Assembly: GCA_051294375.1 (NCBI GenBank)
Contig: CM119269.1
Span: 17,718,265-17,782,264 of the forward strand
Direction: 5' to 3'
DNA: 64,000 nucleotides
Source: Paraspadella gotoi
Taxonomy: Eukaryota > Animalia > Chaetognatha
Each line of letters begins with the position of its first letter. Within the stretch, counting starts at the first letter, position 1. Under the pieces are notes generated by a model. That model had not been told where the DNA came from and did not search any database. It was given only the letters and a program-made list of their open reading frames with translations. Shown in pieces: positions 1-13,100 of this stretch. The position numbers and the translations under genes are program-made.

Positions 1-197
1 CATATTCATTATTCAAAGCCACATATGTGATTGCTTATAAAAATAATTTTTTTCTTTTTAACCATTCCATTTGTCAAAACTTAGACATTTCTTAGAAACT
101 TGTATGCCAAATTTATTTTTAGTTCACGATAACGTTACGTATTCACTAGATAATTGTTAAAATTTCATCAACTTTAGTTTTTCAAAGCATTATATCT

Positions 198-498
198 TTG
201 TTGTACATTGCACAATGTATCTTTATTATTATTTATCCCTGTTGTCTCTCTCTCTCTCTCTAATAAGTTTCACTTTTTTTCATAACTTACTCAGTCTGTC
301 CTCACATCTGACCACTATTCTGTCTCACCACTTTGTTGGAAAACTTTTACCCCCTCTCTCTCTCACACCCTTCCTATGCACAAACTTCAACTCCATTTTC
401 CCAAACTGTTAAAACGCTGATGAATAAAATTCGTTGCAAACTAAAAACTTTGTCAATCTCTAAACATTTCAAACAACGAAAAAGAAAGGATCTTTATA
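198..498 (+). mobile_element. Penelope-like element terminal fragment with its hammerhead core deleted
   Basis: Colinear similarity to 18237-18595 (tacatt-cacaatgta, CT microsatellite, tgtcctcac..tgaccact, tgttggaaa, aacgctgatgaa, aaacaacgaaaa-gaaagga). About 41 nt covering hammerhead stems II-III are missing after CTGATGA. Confidence 0.7.
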
Positions 499-2745
499 TT
501 TAAGTTTTTAGAAAGATCAGAACAAATAAGAAAAAAACTACCTAAGATTTAAATATAGTTTAACTTGCTATATCGTTTGTTTTTGCGTTTTACCAGTTAC
601 AAATTCAGTCATAAATTATTACTTCAAATTCCATCATAAATTTGGCAGCTGTGCAGTAAAAACTTATATGTTTAACCAGCTAATTTAAGATTTTTTTTAT
701 AAAGAAAATTGAAACCAATTTATTTCGCAAACTTTTAAATATTAGAGGGTCGAGATTCAAAACTTTAAAATCCATATCACTTCCTTTTATCATTTGTAAC
801 GCATTGGGTTCGTTAAAATAAAAAATTTGAATTAAAAATACTTAACCAGACCTTATTCTATTTATGCAATGCGATAAGCACTGCTGCAAAAACCACTTCT
901 GCCACCGCACCCTAAAGAATCACAGCTGCTCTTCATAAACACTTCTGAAAGATTAAACAAACAGCTTGGAGACGGTTGACCATAGGCCATCGATAATTTG
1001 GTTTTAAGTCATATGGGTCTACCCCTTTAAGAAGCCCTACAGTTAAGGGGAATTAGATGTGGGTAATATCCAACACAAATCTTTTAGCCAAAAATGAAAA
1101 AGTTGCTGCAACTAAAATCTATATTTCTTTCAGCTGTATACAACAATGCCTTTTGGTGCAGCTATGCTTAATAACCCCAAGGGTATTGGCTCTTCATACA
1201 TATCAAGAAATGGAAGCTTACAACTCTATAATAAACTACAGCAATGGATTTTGCCCAGTAACAAAAATAAAAGTTTTTTTTTCCTGATGCTGCAGTTGAT
1301 TGAATCATGATATTAACTTGATATTTTATACAGAGAGTTATATAAATATATATATATATATATATATAAAGATCACACTCAGCCACAGAAGTCGGTACAG
1401 TATGAAATATTGCTTTTAATAATGACCACAGGGTAATAAAGATAAGATGTCCCAGTTAATATTTCTAAATTAATTTCTTCATTTGCTCGCTTTATTATTT
1501 CCTTATTAGCATAGAAATTAGAGACCATCACGCATATTGTTGGTTTTGGGTAAGATACAATTTTTGCCGGCAGCACTCTTGTATATGGATCTAATCGCCT
1601 CGGCTTGAGTGCACGTTTTCCCGACCTAGAATAGTTGTTATTACAATTCTTAAAAGCCTTCTTAATGATATAAAATACTGCTTGAGAAAGTTAATATATT
1701 TTAGTATTGTTTTAAGATGAAAATCGGCGCAGAGCATATTTAACCAACTTTGCATTCTTCTCTGTTACGCAGCTTATTGTACGAGCTTAAAAAAAAACCT
1801 ACCTCAGAAAAAGAAAACATCAATTATTGTTATTATGTAAAATCAAAATTATTGTTTGCCATTGAAAGCTAACGGTAAATCCTATTCTAAGTTTTGATTC
1901 CAAACCCTGTATATTCCATAGTCATTAGAAGGAAACTTGCACTTGGAATGTCCAATAACACAAGGATATGTTTCAGGTCAGGTTTACAGTAGAAAGCTAA
2001 TACGATTTAATGTTAATAGCTCAGATTTTATCCAAATTTGAATATACAAAACGTGCCAAAAATCTTTGCTTAAAAACGTCGTTGTGTAGTCGGGCATTGA
2101 GTAAGTTCACCACGCCTATTCCATTGCTGCTGAGGGGGCACAGAAAATACGGATAGAAGTCTTCACCCCACTTAGCGCCTTATTCACAGTTGCATTAATA
2201 ATAAGGGCTATGAAACATATAGAAACCTGAAGTAAGGTAGAAGTGAAAAAAAAAATTTGAATTTGCACTGAGAATGTCCAATAACAAAAGGATATTTCAG
2301 GTCATGTTTGCAGCAGTAAACTGAACAAAAAGATGCATTAGTTTATATAATGAGGTAGAATCTACAGCTATAAGCTTTTGCTAAGGAATAATAAAATAGC
2401 CAAAAATGACGCGTCACTTTTAATTACTCCAGGTCAGAAACTATTTTAATTTTTAAACACTATATTAATATAAAGAACAGTATTTTTTAAAAATGCGGTT
2501 TTGTTAGACTTCAGAGTATTGCGCTAATATTAGGAGGTGATTTTTTTTCATAGCTCTCGGCATAAAATACTCTTAAGAATATTATTCTTTTCAAACCCCA
2601 ACAAATCCATAAAGCAATGATTCCAAACTATCAAAAGGCTACAGTTTTGCGTTACAGTCTATTTGCTGTAAATATTTTTTATTTCAAATTTAGAGATCTT
2701 ACTTAATCTGAGCAAATCATTATTAAACACCAATTAATATAATAT

Positions 2746-3343
2746 TCTGGCGAATCCTAAATTCACCTCCCGTATAGCTTGGTGAAACTCAGCTAATCCC
2801 ATTAACTTGGACAGCTAAGTACTTGTTCACCAACCGTAAGTTCCAGGTTCAATCCCCTCACGGTCACGCTGGTTAAAGTGTGATGGTGTCAGCATAAACA
2901 CGCCAGTGACATGGGGTGGTCACTGCAGGTCCAAAGCCCTGAGCGACAGTTGTCAGATGTCTTACACCCCAGACATCACACATGTTTCCCTGTGAGAGGT
3001 GAACTCTACTATTGAACACGCAACCGCTGCCTACCGTCGCTCATTGCTTAAGGGTATGCATCCCACACTCTGTGGCAATGAGTCAGTCACTCTGGGTTTG
3101 GTGACCCCAGTATATCATCTTAGGGGCTCATGTGGCAAATCCTAAATTCGCCTCCCATAGAGCTTGGTGAAACTCAGCTCTTCCCATTAGCTTGGACAGC
3201 TAAGTACTCGTTCACCAACTCATGGTCACGCTAGTTAAAGTGATTGTGTCGGCATAAACACGCCACAGACATGGAGTGGTCACTACATAAGGCCTTGAGC
3301 GCAAGCTGTCAGGAGATGCCTCACACATGTCTCCCCGTTGCCT
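2746..3343 (+). mobile_element. TRIM-like non-autonomous LTR element, family A (twister ribozyme in LTR)
   Basis: Direct repeats start at 2746 (TCTGGCGAATCC) and 3131 (TGTGGCAAATCC). Between them lie the PBS TGGTGACCCC (3099-3108, complementary to the tRNA-Trp 3' end) and a short purine tract AGGGG just before the second repeat. B-box GGTTCAATCCC at 2846-2856. The second repeat carries internal deletions and is truncated. Confidence 0.75.
2863..2947 (+). ncRNA. Twister ribozyme, type P5 permutation
   Basis: P5 CGCT/AGCG; P2 GTGT/ACAC; conserved GA followed by T1 strand TGG; palindromic P1 TGTCAGCA; conserved U^AA at 2895-2897; T2 GC; P3 CAGTGAC/GTCACTG; P4 CAGG/CCTG; L4 TCCA-AAGC. All conserved twister core residues are present. 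Confidence 0.85.
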
Positions 3344-4252
3344 GAATATATTTTTAAAGTTTAAAAGAAAATCCTTCCAATCATTCAAATGTCTCACAAA
3401 GGCTCTTATTGGCTTTATACGCGCACCTAATCTTTAAGAACATCTTTTATTCCTTCACTTCATACAAATCAAACATTTAACATAAAAAAAATAAATAAAT
3501 AAATAAAAAAAAAACAAAAAAAAACTTCTGGTCCTACTGAAAATTTAACTCTTAACAAATCACGATCACCAAAAATTATAAATAGGAAACAAAGTTGATT
3601 TAGTACAATAATAAATATACATATTGTAATAAGTTATTTCTATCATACGGTATATAAATTTACTTTTAAATAATAAAATTATCATTTGTAATTAGGTTTT
3701 AAAAAATAAACAATCATCTGATTACAAGAAATAGTTTTAAAAAATTAAATACTATAGACACGATCCAAAGTCAGTAGGCAAGATGGCTTGTTTATTAAAT
3801 AAAAGGATAGTTTATATATTGGTAGTACCAATATGATTACCAATTAAAATAACTACAAAATATTTTTTTTAAAAGTCTATTTACAATTCGACGAATAAAA
3901 ATAAGATTCATGAGATTCCATGAATAGGAGAATTTACCTCATTTGCAGATGAAAGTTCTTGTGTTTTTGCTTTGTAAGTCCACATGAATGTTGAAACGCA
4001 TCGTCGCCGCTCGGTCGTAGTTTTGTTTTTATTTGTGGGGTAACCACAATCATACACTTTCAAATTTTTTTGTTTGGAAAATACTTTATAATAGTACTAC
4101 ATTCTTTTACCGAAGCAAAGAAAGATATTTTCCAAACAAAATTTGACTTGTCTGCTATTTTTTTTAGGGAATTTTTAAAATTCTAAGCCATTTTCATTTC
4201 TAAGATTTTTAGAAGGCATATCTATACATACCAAAAGCTTTTTCTTATATTT

Positions 4253-5623
4253 AAACAAGTTTGAGCAAACAATGTCGGATCTGCCTACGATAATTAATTA
4301 ATTAATAGATTAATTAATTAATTTTAATAATTATAATTTATATTCAGCTTGTCATCATCGATGTCCTTAAAATTGAGTCAGGACAGTTATTAAATGTTTT
4401 GTTTACATTTTATCATAACAAACAAATATTCTCTATTTTATTTTATGTCTCTCTCTCTCTCTCTCTCTCTCACTCTCTCTTACTCTATCTCTCTTTTTTT
4501 ATGCAATTACGACGATCCTTATGCTTTTAGGATTTTTTAAACTTACATCATTTTTTCAACTTGCATAATTTTTCAACTTGCATTCCGTCAAAACTTTATA
4601 TCTACCTTCTTTCACTCACCTTCCTACCGGCTCACAAAATTTCATCTCAATCTATCATGGGTTAAAATAAATAAAAAGATTCAAGTAAATGTGACTCATA
4701 TTTTTTTCATTTAAACTCATTTCCACTGGTACGTTTCCACCGAAACTTATATCAAGCTTCGTCACACATTTTCCTACCCACACACAAAATTTCAACTCAA
4801 TCTATCCATCCAATTATGATTAATTAGAGTATTTATTGGTTAAAAGAAGTAAAAATATTTTAGTAAATGCGACTTATGTTTTTTCCATTTAAACTAATTT
4901 CCACTCACACGATTCCATCGAACTTTATATCCAGCTTTATCACACACTTTCCTACCCACACACAAAATTTAATTCCAATCCACCAGCCAATCACGAGTTA
5001 TTGGAGCTTTTTGCTAAAGTGGGACGGATGGACAAATTGATTGACTAATTAATTAATTATGATTAATTAACTGATAATTATTTGATTTATTAATACATCC
5101 TGCATATACATTTATATATAAAAAGGAAAAAGAAGCATAATCAATAAAACAGGTTTTTGTTTTTTCCATTTAAACTCATTTCCATCGAAACTTGATTTCC
5201 TGTTCAATCACACACTTTCCTACCCACATACAAAATTCCAGGTCAATCAGCCCATCCAATCATGAGCAATTGGTGTTCAAGAGATGAATATATTTTTTGT
5301 TTTTTTCCATTTAAACTCATTTCCACTCAGACGATTCCATCGAAACTTCATATCCAGCTCAATCACACACTTACCTATCCACACACAAAATTTTATTCAA
5401 ATCCATCCATCCAATCGCGAGTAATTGGTGTTTTTTGCTAAGGTGGGACGGACGGACGCGGACAGAGACGGATGGACGGACATCATTTTTTTTGCATAAT
5501 TTATCATAATTCGATGTTCTGACATGATATAAGTTAGTGCCCGACAATATTGAGGGGTGGACCGGCGGACCGACAAAGTGAATTATAGAGTCGGGATCTG
5601 CTGATAAGCAGACCGACTAAAAA
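4253..5623 (-). mobile_element. Helentron-associated (HINE/DINE-1-like) non-autonomous element
   Basis: On the minus strand it starts TTTTTAGTCGGTCTGC..GCAGATCCCGACTCTATA (inverted repeat plus sub-TIR), has a GTCC microsatellite and several internal ~150-180 bp tandem repeats (tttaaactcatttccac..), a second GCAGATCCGAC near the end, and ends CTTGTTT. Confidence 0.7.
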
Positions 5624-6179
5624 TATTAAAATCAATAAATACGGTTAATACAAGCATTAAAATTTTAAAAAAATCATGGTTTTAAGATTGATGAATGTTA
5701 AGATATGAGGTCTATAATCATAGAAACAAAAACCATTTATATTTCATCAGGCAAAATAATAGAAGATTGCGTTAACTATACATTTATTCTTTTTATTGCA
5801 AAGGTTATTTCCATTTGATTTCATAACAAATTAGCGCTGAAGGTAAGCTGAAAAATAAACCCTCCTAAATATATTAAATTATAAAGATGTCTTGCTTTAA
5901 TAAAAAGATAATTATCTGTAAAAAATACTTTAAAGAACTTAAAGACGCTATATAAATTGCTTAAGATTTTATCAAGTTGACAAAGTGGGAAAGAATAAAC
6001 AAGGCTTCATAACAATTAAAGCTCAAATTTATGCCACAAATTCTCAGAACTAAAGTCAGAAAGTATATCAGGACGTTAAGAATTAAGATTTTACATACTA
6101 TACCGAGTGAAGAAGCTGAAACAACTTTTTAACTTATTAAATTGCTTGACTAATTTTGCCAGATCGACAAATGTTTTTT

Positions 6180-6950
6180 TGAAAATATCTCATAAATATT
6201 TTGAGTTTATAATATATGTAATAAAAAATAATTAAACTTCTTTTCAAAAAAAAAAATGTATAACAGTATCATTAATTGAATTTTCTTTATAATTAATATC
6301 CTTATTTGTTTCAGAGTCATGATTTTGGCAGAAGATTTAGTAGTTAATAGTTTGATTTGGTCTTTTCATGAATAATATAAAAGGAAATCCATTTCTCCTC
6401 ATTCAGCAAATGGAAGAGTAGAAACCTTCCTAAAACTGTTTTGTAAATTTTGTGTTAATTTGTTATGCACCTTTGAGGGAGACAGAAGTCTCTGAAGATC
6501 AGTGCTTATTTAAAAATAAATATTATGTTGCTTCCAGAAATAATTTGTTTTCCTTTTATATTATGGCATGAAAAGACCAAATCAAACTATTAACTACTAC
6601 TAATATCCTTATAAAATCATAAATTTTCAAAATCATATTTTTTTAATTATAAGAACAGTTTCGGATTCACCGGAAAAAACTGAAAACAATTTATAAAATA
6701 AGTTTCATGATATTTTGAGGGTAAAGCTACGAAACATGACAAAGGTTTTATCATGTAATAAGTTTCTACTTCAGAGCGTAAAAAAGTGGATAATTTCGAC
6801 CGTTTTTTTCATTTTTTGACGCTGAAAACATTAATTTTTAATAACCTTTTATATTTTTGATTTAACTTTTTATGAAGATTCAGAATCTTCCATAAAAATT
6901 TTGAAAAAAAAGATATTAATATAAATATATTGTATTTAATGATACTGTTC
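6180..6950. repeat. AT-rich fold-back / MITE-like inverted repeat
   Basis: gtagttaatagtttgatttggtcttttcatg (~6340-6370) is the exact reverse complement of ~6567-6597; weaker outer arms (aacagtatcattaa / ttaatgatactgtt). Confidence 0.55.
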
Positions 6951-9900
6951 CCCAAACAATATAGCAAAATATTTTTTGTATTCCTTAATCATACTATCTC
7001 CACATCTAAATATCTTTGTTCAAATAAAATTTATGTTCCCAGTGCTCCACTCTAATAAACATGGAATTGTTTTTTTTTTAAACAATATTTATTTTTGTGG
7101 AATTAATAAAGATTTTGACCATCATGGGAAAACAACACGAAAAATTATATAAAATATAATACAATATATAAGACAAATTAGTTAAACACCCTATTGCTAC
7201 TACAAAACTCAAAATACAGTTCAGCCAGATTTTACAATAGGATTTTTTTCAAGTGCTCTGAAAGAATTGAGCCTCCATTAAAAAATATATTACAAATTAA
7301 TCGAATTGCATCTAAAATAATATATATATATATTGTGGCATATTGAATTTTAGTTATAAAATTCGCTAATGTTTTAATATATCTTGAACTTCATCTAAAA
7401 CTTAGTTTAAACTACTATGTAAAAAAATATTACAACTATACCTATCATCTAAAAACATAAAAACAGAACAAATGTTAAAAAACATAAGTAGGCCTTTCTA
7501 CCATCAGTTTCTTGTATTCTCTTAAACCAACTTTTTCGTAAAAAAGAGTAAAATCTTTTGCCAAATTTAAAAATAGATTGAGGAATCGACTATACTATTT
7601 CTTTTATTCCCTGGACATGTCACTACCACAAAATATGAACAATTCTTGACCTAATTACCAAGTATTGAAACAAAACTATCACAGTCGCATTTTTTATTAA
7701 TATTTAAAAAGTAATGTTTTTTTTCAATTTTGAAAACAATTATCTTAACTTTGGACATTAAATTTGGAAAAAAATTATATATTTAGAATCTTTGAGTTGC
7801 CCTCTCTTCAATGATGCCCACTTTGAAAAAGTTAGCAGAATGCTTATTAAAATCATAATTTTTAATAATATTTAAAATATACTAAAATATTTAAAATTTA
7901 TTAAAAATTAGGTTTGATGGTATATTTTTAAAGGTTTGATGAAATATCTGTGAACCAAAAATTTTAAAAAATAGATTACTTTTAGGTAAAAAAAAATAAA
8001 AAATTCAAAATGCAACAATATGCAAATGTGTTTTTAAAAATGTTGAGAAAGTTTTTTGTTTTAGGGTTATTTTAAATATGTTTTGATTTATAGGCAAAGA
8101 ATAACATTATTTACAATAATTTTTTTTTACCTGTGCCAAAAAGTTTTTTAAAATGACTGAAATTTATATGTATTGCAGGACTACTCAAAGCCCACCTATT
8201 ACTAAAATTTAAAACCATAATATTCACAAATAAGGAAGTTATACATCATTGAAAAAAATCACCCATCTAAAATATCAGCACTGATAAATATGGCAAAAAA
8301 CTTTTTGATATTAAAAACATTTCTACACAAGTTTACAAGTTAGCAAAATTTATAAAAAAAATTTTAAAATATATTAGAGCTATGCAAGTTTTTTAAAACA
8401 AATTTTGACCTAATTTTTAAGTGGTTTAAAATTTTTTTGGAAATATTGCTTAAATGGGCAATAACCAGACATCCAGACAACTTCCTATAAAATCCTAAAG
8501 CCATTTATCCTATAATATATTTGTATATTTTTATTAATCCCCAAATTTATCCTTAAGACTAAAATTCATATTCTTACAAAATAATAATTTTTTTATAAGA
8601 ACATCTTTTTTATTAAAATTTTATTTTTTAATTTTTATTTTGAAAAAAATTGTTAAAAATATATCAAATAAAAAATATTGTTTTAATTTGTCCAATGGTT
8701 TTTAGTCATAGTTCTTTTTTTATTGGGACTTAATTTCTTTTTAATTTTTAAACAAGGGTCAATTCTTTTGTGGCATTTGAATAAAATCTTACAGTTTAAC
8801 TTATAAAATTGCAAATGAAGTTCATTACTATTTCTACTTGAACTCAGGTATATACAACAAACTCTTTGGCATCTGCAACTGTGGATATCACCGAATAATT
8901 AAACTGGGAAGTTGCATTATCATTTAAATGCTTGTTTAATCCAAGGTGTAAAGTAATAATGAATTTAAAAAAATAATTGAGAGAATGTGGGAAAATAATA
9001 ACTTCCTAAACCAAGAATGAGATTGGTCAACCTTAAAACTCCATTAATCGTTAAGAAAATATTCATTATGGCAGAAAATCATCATCTCAAACGGTACAAC
9101 TGAGGAGACAAGAATACCTGGACACATCACTTCAAAAACCTCATCTTTGATAAACTGCTATTAAGATTCATCGGTTACTAAGACAAAAGATTAAATGTAT
9201 TTACAATGATTGTAGAAGAAGAAAAGTCAACATTCCTGCTAGAAATAAATGTTCTAGTTCTGTTACCTTTATTTATCGTCAAACATAAATCTTGAAATCA
9301 ACTTCTCAGAAGGTACAACTGAGGAGACAATAATATCTGATCACATTACTTCATAAAGTCATCTTTTATAAACTGCTCTTCACAATCTTTCTTAAGATTA
9401 TTCATAACAAATATACCGAATTTTATAAACCTTTAGAGGGTAAATAATTCTTTCATGTAAAATTAAACGATACTAAGCATTTTCTCCTCAAACAAATACC
9501 GTATTTAATACAGTTACTTTAAATAAATACCTGGGATATTCGTTAAACAGCAGACAACCAATTCAATGGTTTACCAACAACAGAAAAAACGCAGCAACTT
9601 GACCATGATTTACAAAGTCAAGGAAAACAAAACACAAAACGCTTAAAAAAACAAAGTAAAATTAAACCGTTCTAAGAAGTAAAACAATTTTAAAACCTTC
9701 AAAAGATTATGTTAATGTTTACCAAATCCATTCCCGTTCAATACCTTTAAAGTATATTGTATAAATGTGTAAATGAATAAATATATAACGATTGATCACT
9801 CATACTACTTATATTGAATTTCCACCCTATTATTTCTTGACCTTTATCTTTTAGCTTTCCTATTAGAATATACCTAATCTCTAAAACGTATACATAAGAT

Positions 9901-10195
9901 TAATTTTTACTATAGAATATTAATGCAGAAATTTATAAATATGCTGAATAGCGAGAGACTTTAAAATATAATAATTAAGAATTGTTTTCTGATAGTGTGA
10001 AGTAATTGATAGAATTAATAAAATGGTTATATCAAAATTAATCTCAATCTAAAAGAAATATACATTCAAATGATAATTCTATAAAATACAACCCACGCTA
10101 TCAAAAGTATCATTTTATTGTCGAAAGAACGCTAAACAAAGGAATTCTAAGGTTGGAAAACACTTGAATAAATGGTCCATTTCGAAAACAGCAGT

Positions 10196-13100
10196 TTAGT
10201 TCCACCGAGGGCGTTTGAAATCAGAAGGTTCTCGAAAATCGGGGCCTCTTCTTCCAGAAATTCCGCGCGGAAATCCCCTTCCGGGAAAACCTCCCCGTTC
10301 CTCAAATTGAAAATTCCGCTATTGAATGGAGTGGGCCGAAAAAGAAAAAAATTCAAATAAATACATACATTGCTGATTTCTGTTTTCGCTTCAATTGTTA
10401 ACTTTTGCATTGCACATCTCAAACAATATGTTGAGGCGGCTTAAGACCATTGGAGATGACAGCTTATTTTTCTGATAACATTTTTTTTAATGCATTTAAC
10501 CATAGAACGGTTGCATTAAAAATCCTATAAGTTGAAAGTTACAATGGTACCACATAGCTGAAAAGTTATGTGCGAGATTATCGTTGAGAAATTTGGTCGT
10601 GAAATCTCGCGCACATCTGGTAGTAGAACCGGCGATTTACCTTCCGCCTCTTTCCCTCCCTTATCAAGAGACAGAAAATAAAAGCATAAAGAGAGATTTC
10701 AATTCCGTTTTTTCTTCAGCTTGCTTCGAATCCACAGTCGGAGGAACAGAATTATTTCACTTACTTTATTTTCCTCCTAAAGAGATAGAACACTGATGGA
10801 AGTACTAGAAAATAGTAATCAATTTAAATTGTATTGAAACTAGAATTATAAAAAAAATATTTAAAAATCCGAAACATGTTATGTAAGCTACAAAACGTCA
10901 TTAGTTAAAATTGAAATTATACTATCTAGGAAAAAAGTATATAACAATTCATTTATTCAATAAAAAGTATACATAATATGAGTAAAACATTCTCAATATT
11001 TGGTATGCCCTTCCTCGGCATTGACTACTGCCTACATTCATCTGGGCATGCTTTCATACTGCTAATTAAGTATGACAGTGAAATATTTTTCCACATCTTT
11101 AACGCAATTCTTTGTAGCCCCGATGTTGATGTTACGCATCTTTCCTTTTTTTCTGAGAGCTATAATAATAATTTTTTGAACCAAATGGCATATACTTTTT
11201 TCCCAGATAGTATGATCAATTTAATTTTTAATTTTTAGGCTTTTCTGGAGATTCTAGATAGAAACTAGTGAATTATTCTAAATCACAAAGACAACATAAT
11301 AAATATATATACTTCGTCGTCGTCATGTAACTTTGAAAGAAAACAGATCAGCATACATGAGAAGCATTGAGCGAGGATTCATTTCATTTTTTTTCATTTT
11401 CATTGGTTTAATTATTCTTTTCCTATTTTTTTCATTTTTCAAACGGAATTAAGTAATTTTCAATAATACCGGCGGTGTTGCCAGTGATAAACCGAAAACG
11501 AGTTATCTTACGTTAGGGGCTTTGGACCCTAGGCCACAAGCGGCTTTATTCTTGAACACTTTTTATATCTTTTAGTTCTCTCAAAAAAAAATTTTCCCCC
11601 TTATTATATTATACATATTACATAAATTATAGTCCGTCGGCGGAATTGAAACAAGAATACACGGTGGTCAAGAATTTTGCTAGGATATCATTTTGTGAAA
11701 GGTATTGAGGCTGTAAACCACCGTAGCCGTCGGTAGGTACTGAATATTTGGTCTCACTATTTCGTTCAAAGGATAAAATGGGTTTGGGTCACTTCTTGGG
11801 TCACTTTTCGTCAGAACTAAGAAATAAATCAAGGAATCGCATACCTATGAGTGTTTGAATTTATTTTTCTTTCTATTGCTTTCACAAGTCAAAGCTTCAA
11901 TGATGATGATAAAACTTTTGATGATCATAAAGACTTTTAAAGAGCCAAGTAAAGAAGAAACGGGGTTATCCGTATCGGGAAAGCCCAATAAGGGATACTT
12001 TTACTTTCGCTGACCGGGGTTAGGGTTAAGGGTGATTTAGGGGTGGTTTAGGGTTTTGGCTGGTTAGGGCGAGGAGGGTTTAAGGTTAGGGTAATTAGGT
12101 AATATTTTTTTAAAAACCGCGGTCGGCGAAAGTAAAATTTAGCCCCTAATAATACTTTTTGAGCCCACGATAACCATTAACCACAGTTCCTTTTCTGGTA
12201 GAGATATCTTTAAAATAAAACGATGACTAAAAAGTGTTTTAACACCAACAATGACAACGATCCAGAAAATCAGTTCCCGCACTAATGTTGCGTTTCCAGA
12301 CGTCGTCAGTTACCACATTCTACTAAATATTATTGTGGACAAATTGAAATTCTAAAAGTAAAACGATGAAAGTCGTAAGGAAATTATGAATATGATTTAT
12401 CCATAGTCCAAGAAAAATATTTAAAAACATGTCTGAATAAAACCGCTCCTTCCTGCGATAAATCTGACTTCCGCTTTAACCTCGATTTATAAATTAAACA
12501 AACCATTCTATAAAGCAAAGGTCATAAAATCCTCTCTTGTGATATTAAACTTTCGCTTTCAATAACAACCGAGTGGAAAGTTCCAAATTACTTAGGTCTT
12601 TTGCTTTTTTCTGAAAATATAATCAAATGATCAGCTTTTTTCATATCACTTTTTTCCAAGAGTGTTACGTACATATAGTTTCGTTAAATGCATGAAATCA
12701 TAAAATGAATTTTTTTTAATAAATGACATTAAAAAAATTGTTATCAGAAAAATTGGCAAAGGTCCACCCATCTTTGATAACCAGATCTATCATAATAACT
12801 GCTCGTAAAAATTTCCGAAGATATTTTGACAACGGCGCTTTTACTAAATTCTCTGTCGTCTGGACGTCAATAAGCATATTTGCTGTCATCCCTTTTCGCA
12901 CAATGAACGCGATTCATCTTTCCGTTACTTCGTTTGTTCTGTTTCATTTTTGCTTCCCCTTTCAAATTTCAAATTCTCTCTCCAGTGGTAGAATTAACAA
13001 TTATTAAAAATTAATTTACAAGGGGAAAATAGAAAAGTATAAGATTGATTAAAGAAATGATGTATCGAAAAAAGTCATAACTGACATATGTGCTTAATGG

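Noticed and set aside
1545-1630. Twister-like words on the minus strand (ACTCAAGC, GAGTGC, TGCCGGCA palindrome)
   Set aside because: No P4 stem, no conserved GA or UAA in register.
3038-3145. HDV-like ribozyme (GCTCATTGC/GCAATGAGT as P1)
   Set aside because: No GG at J1/4 and no convincing P2; a simple hairpin within the family A LTR.
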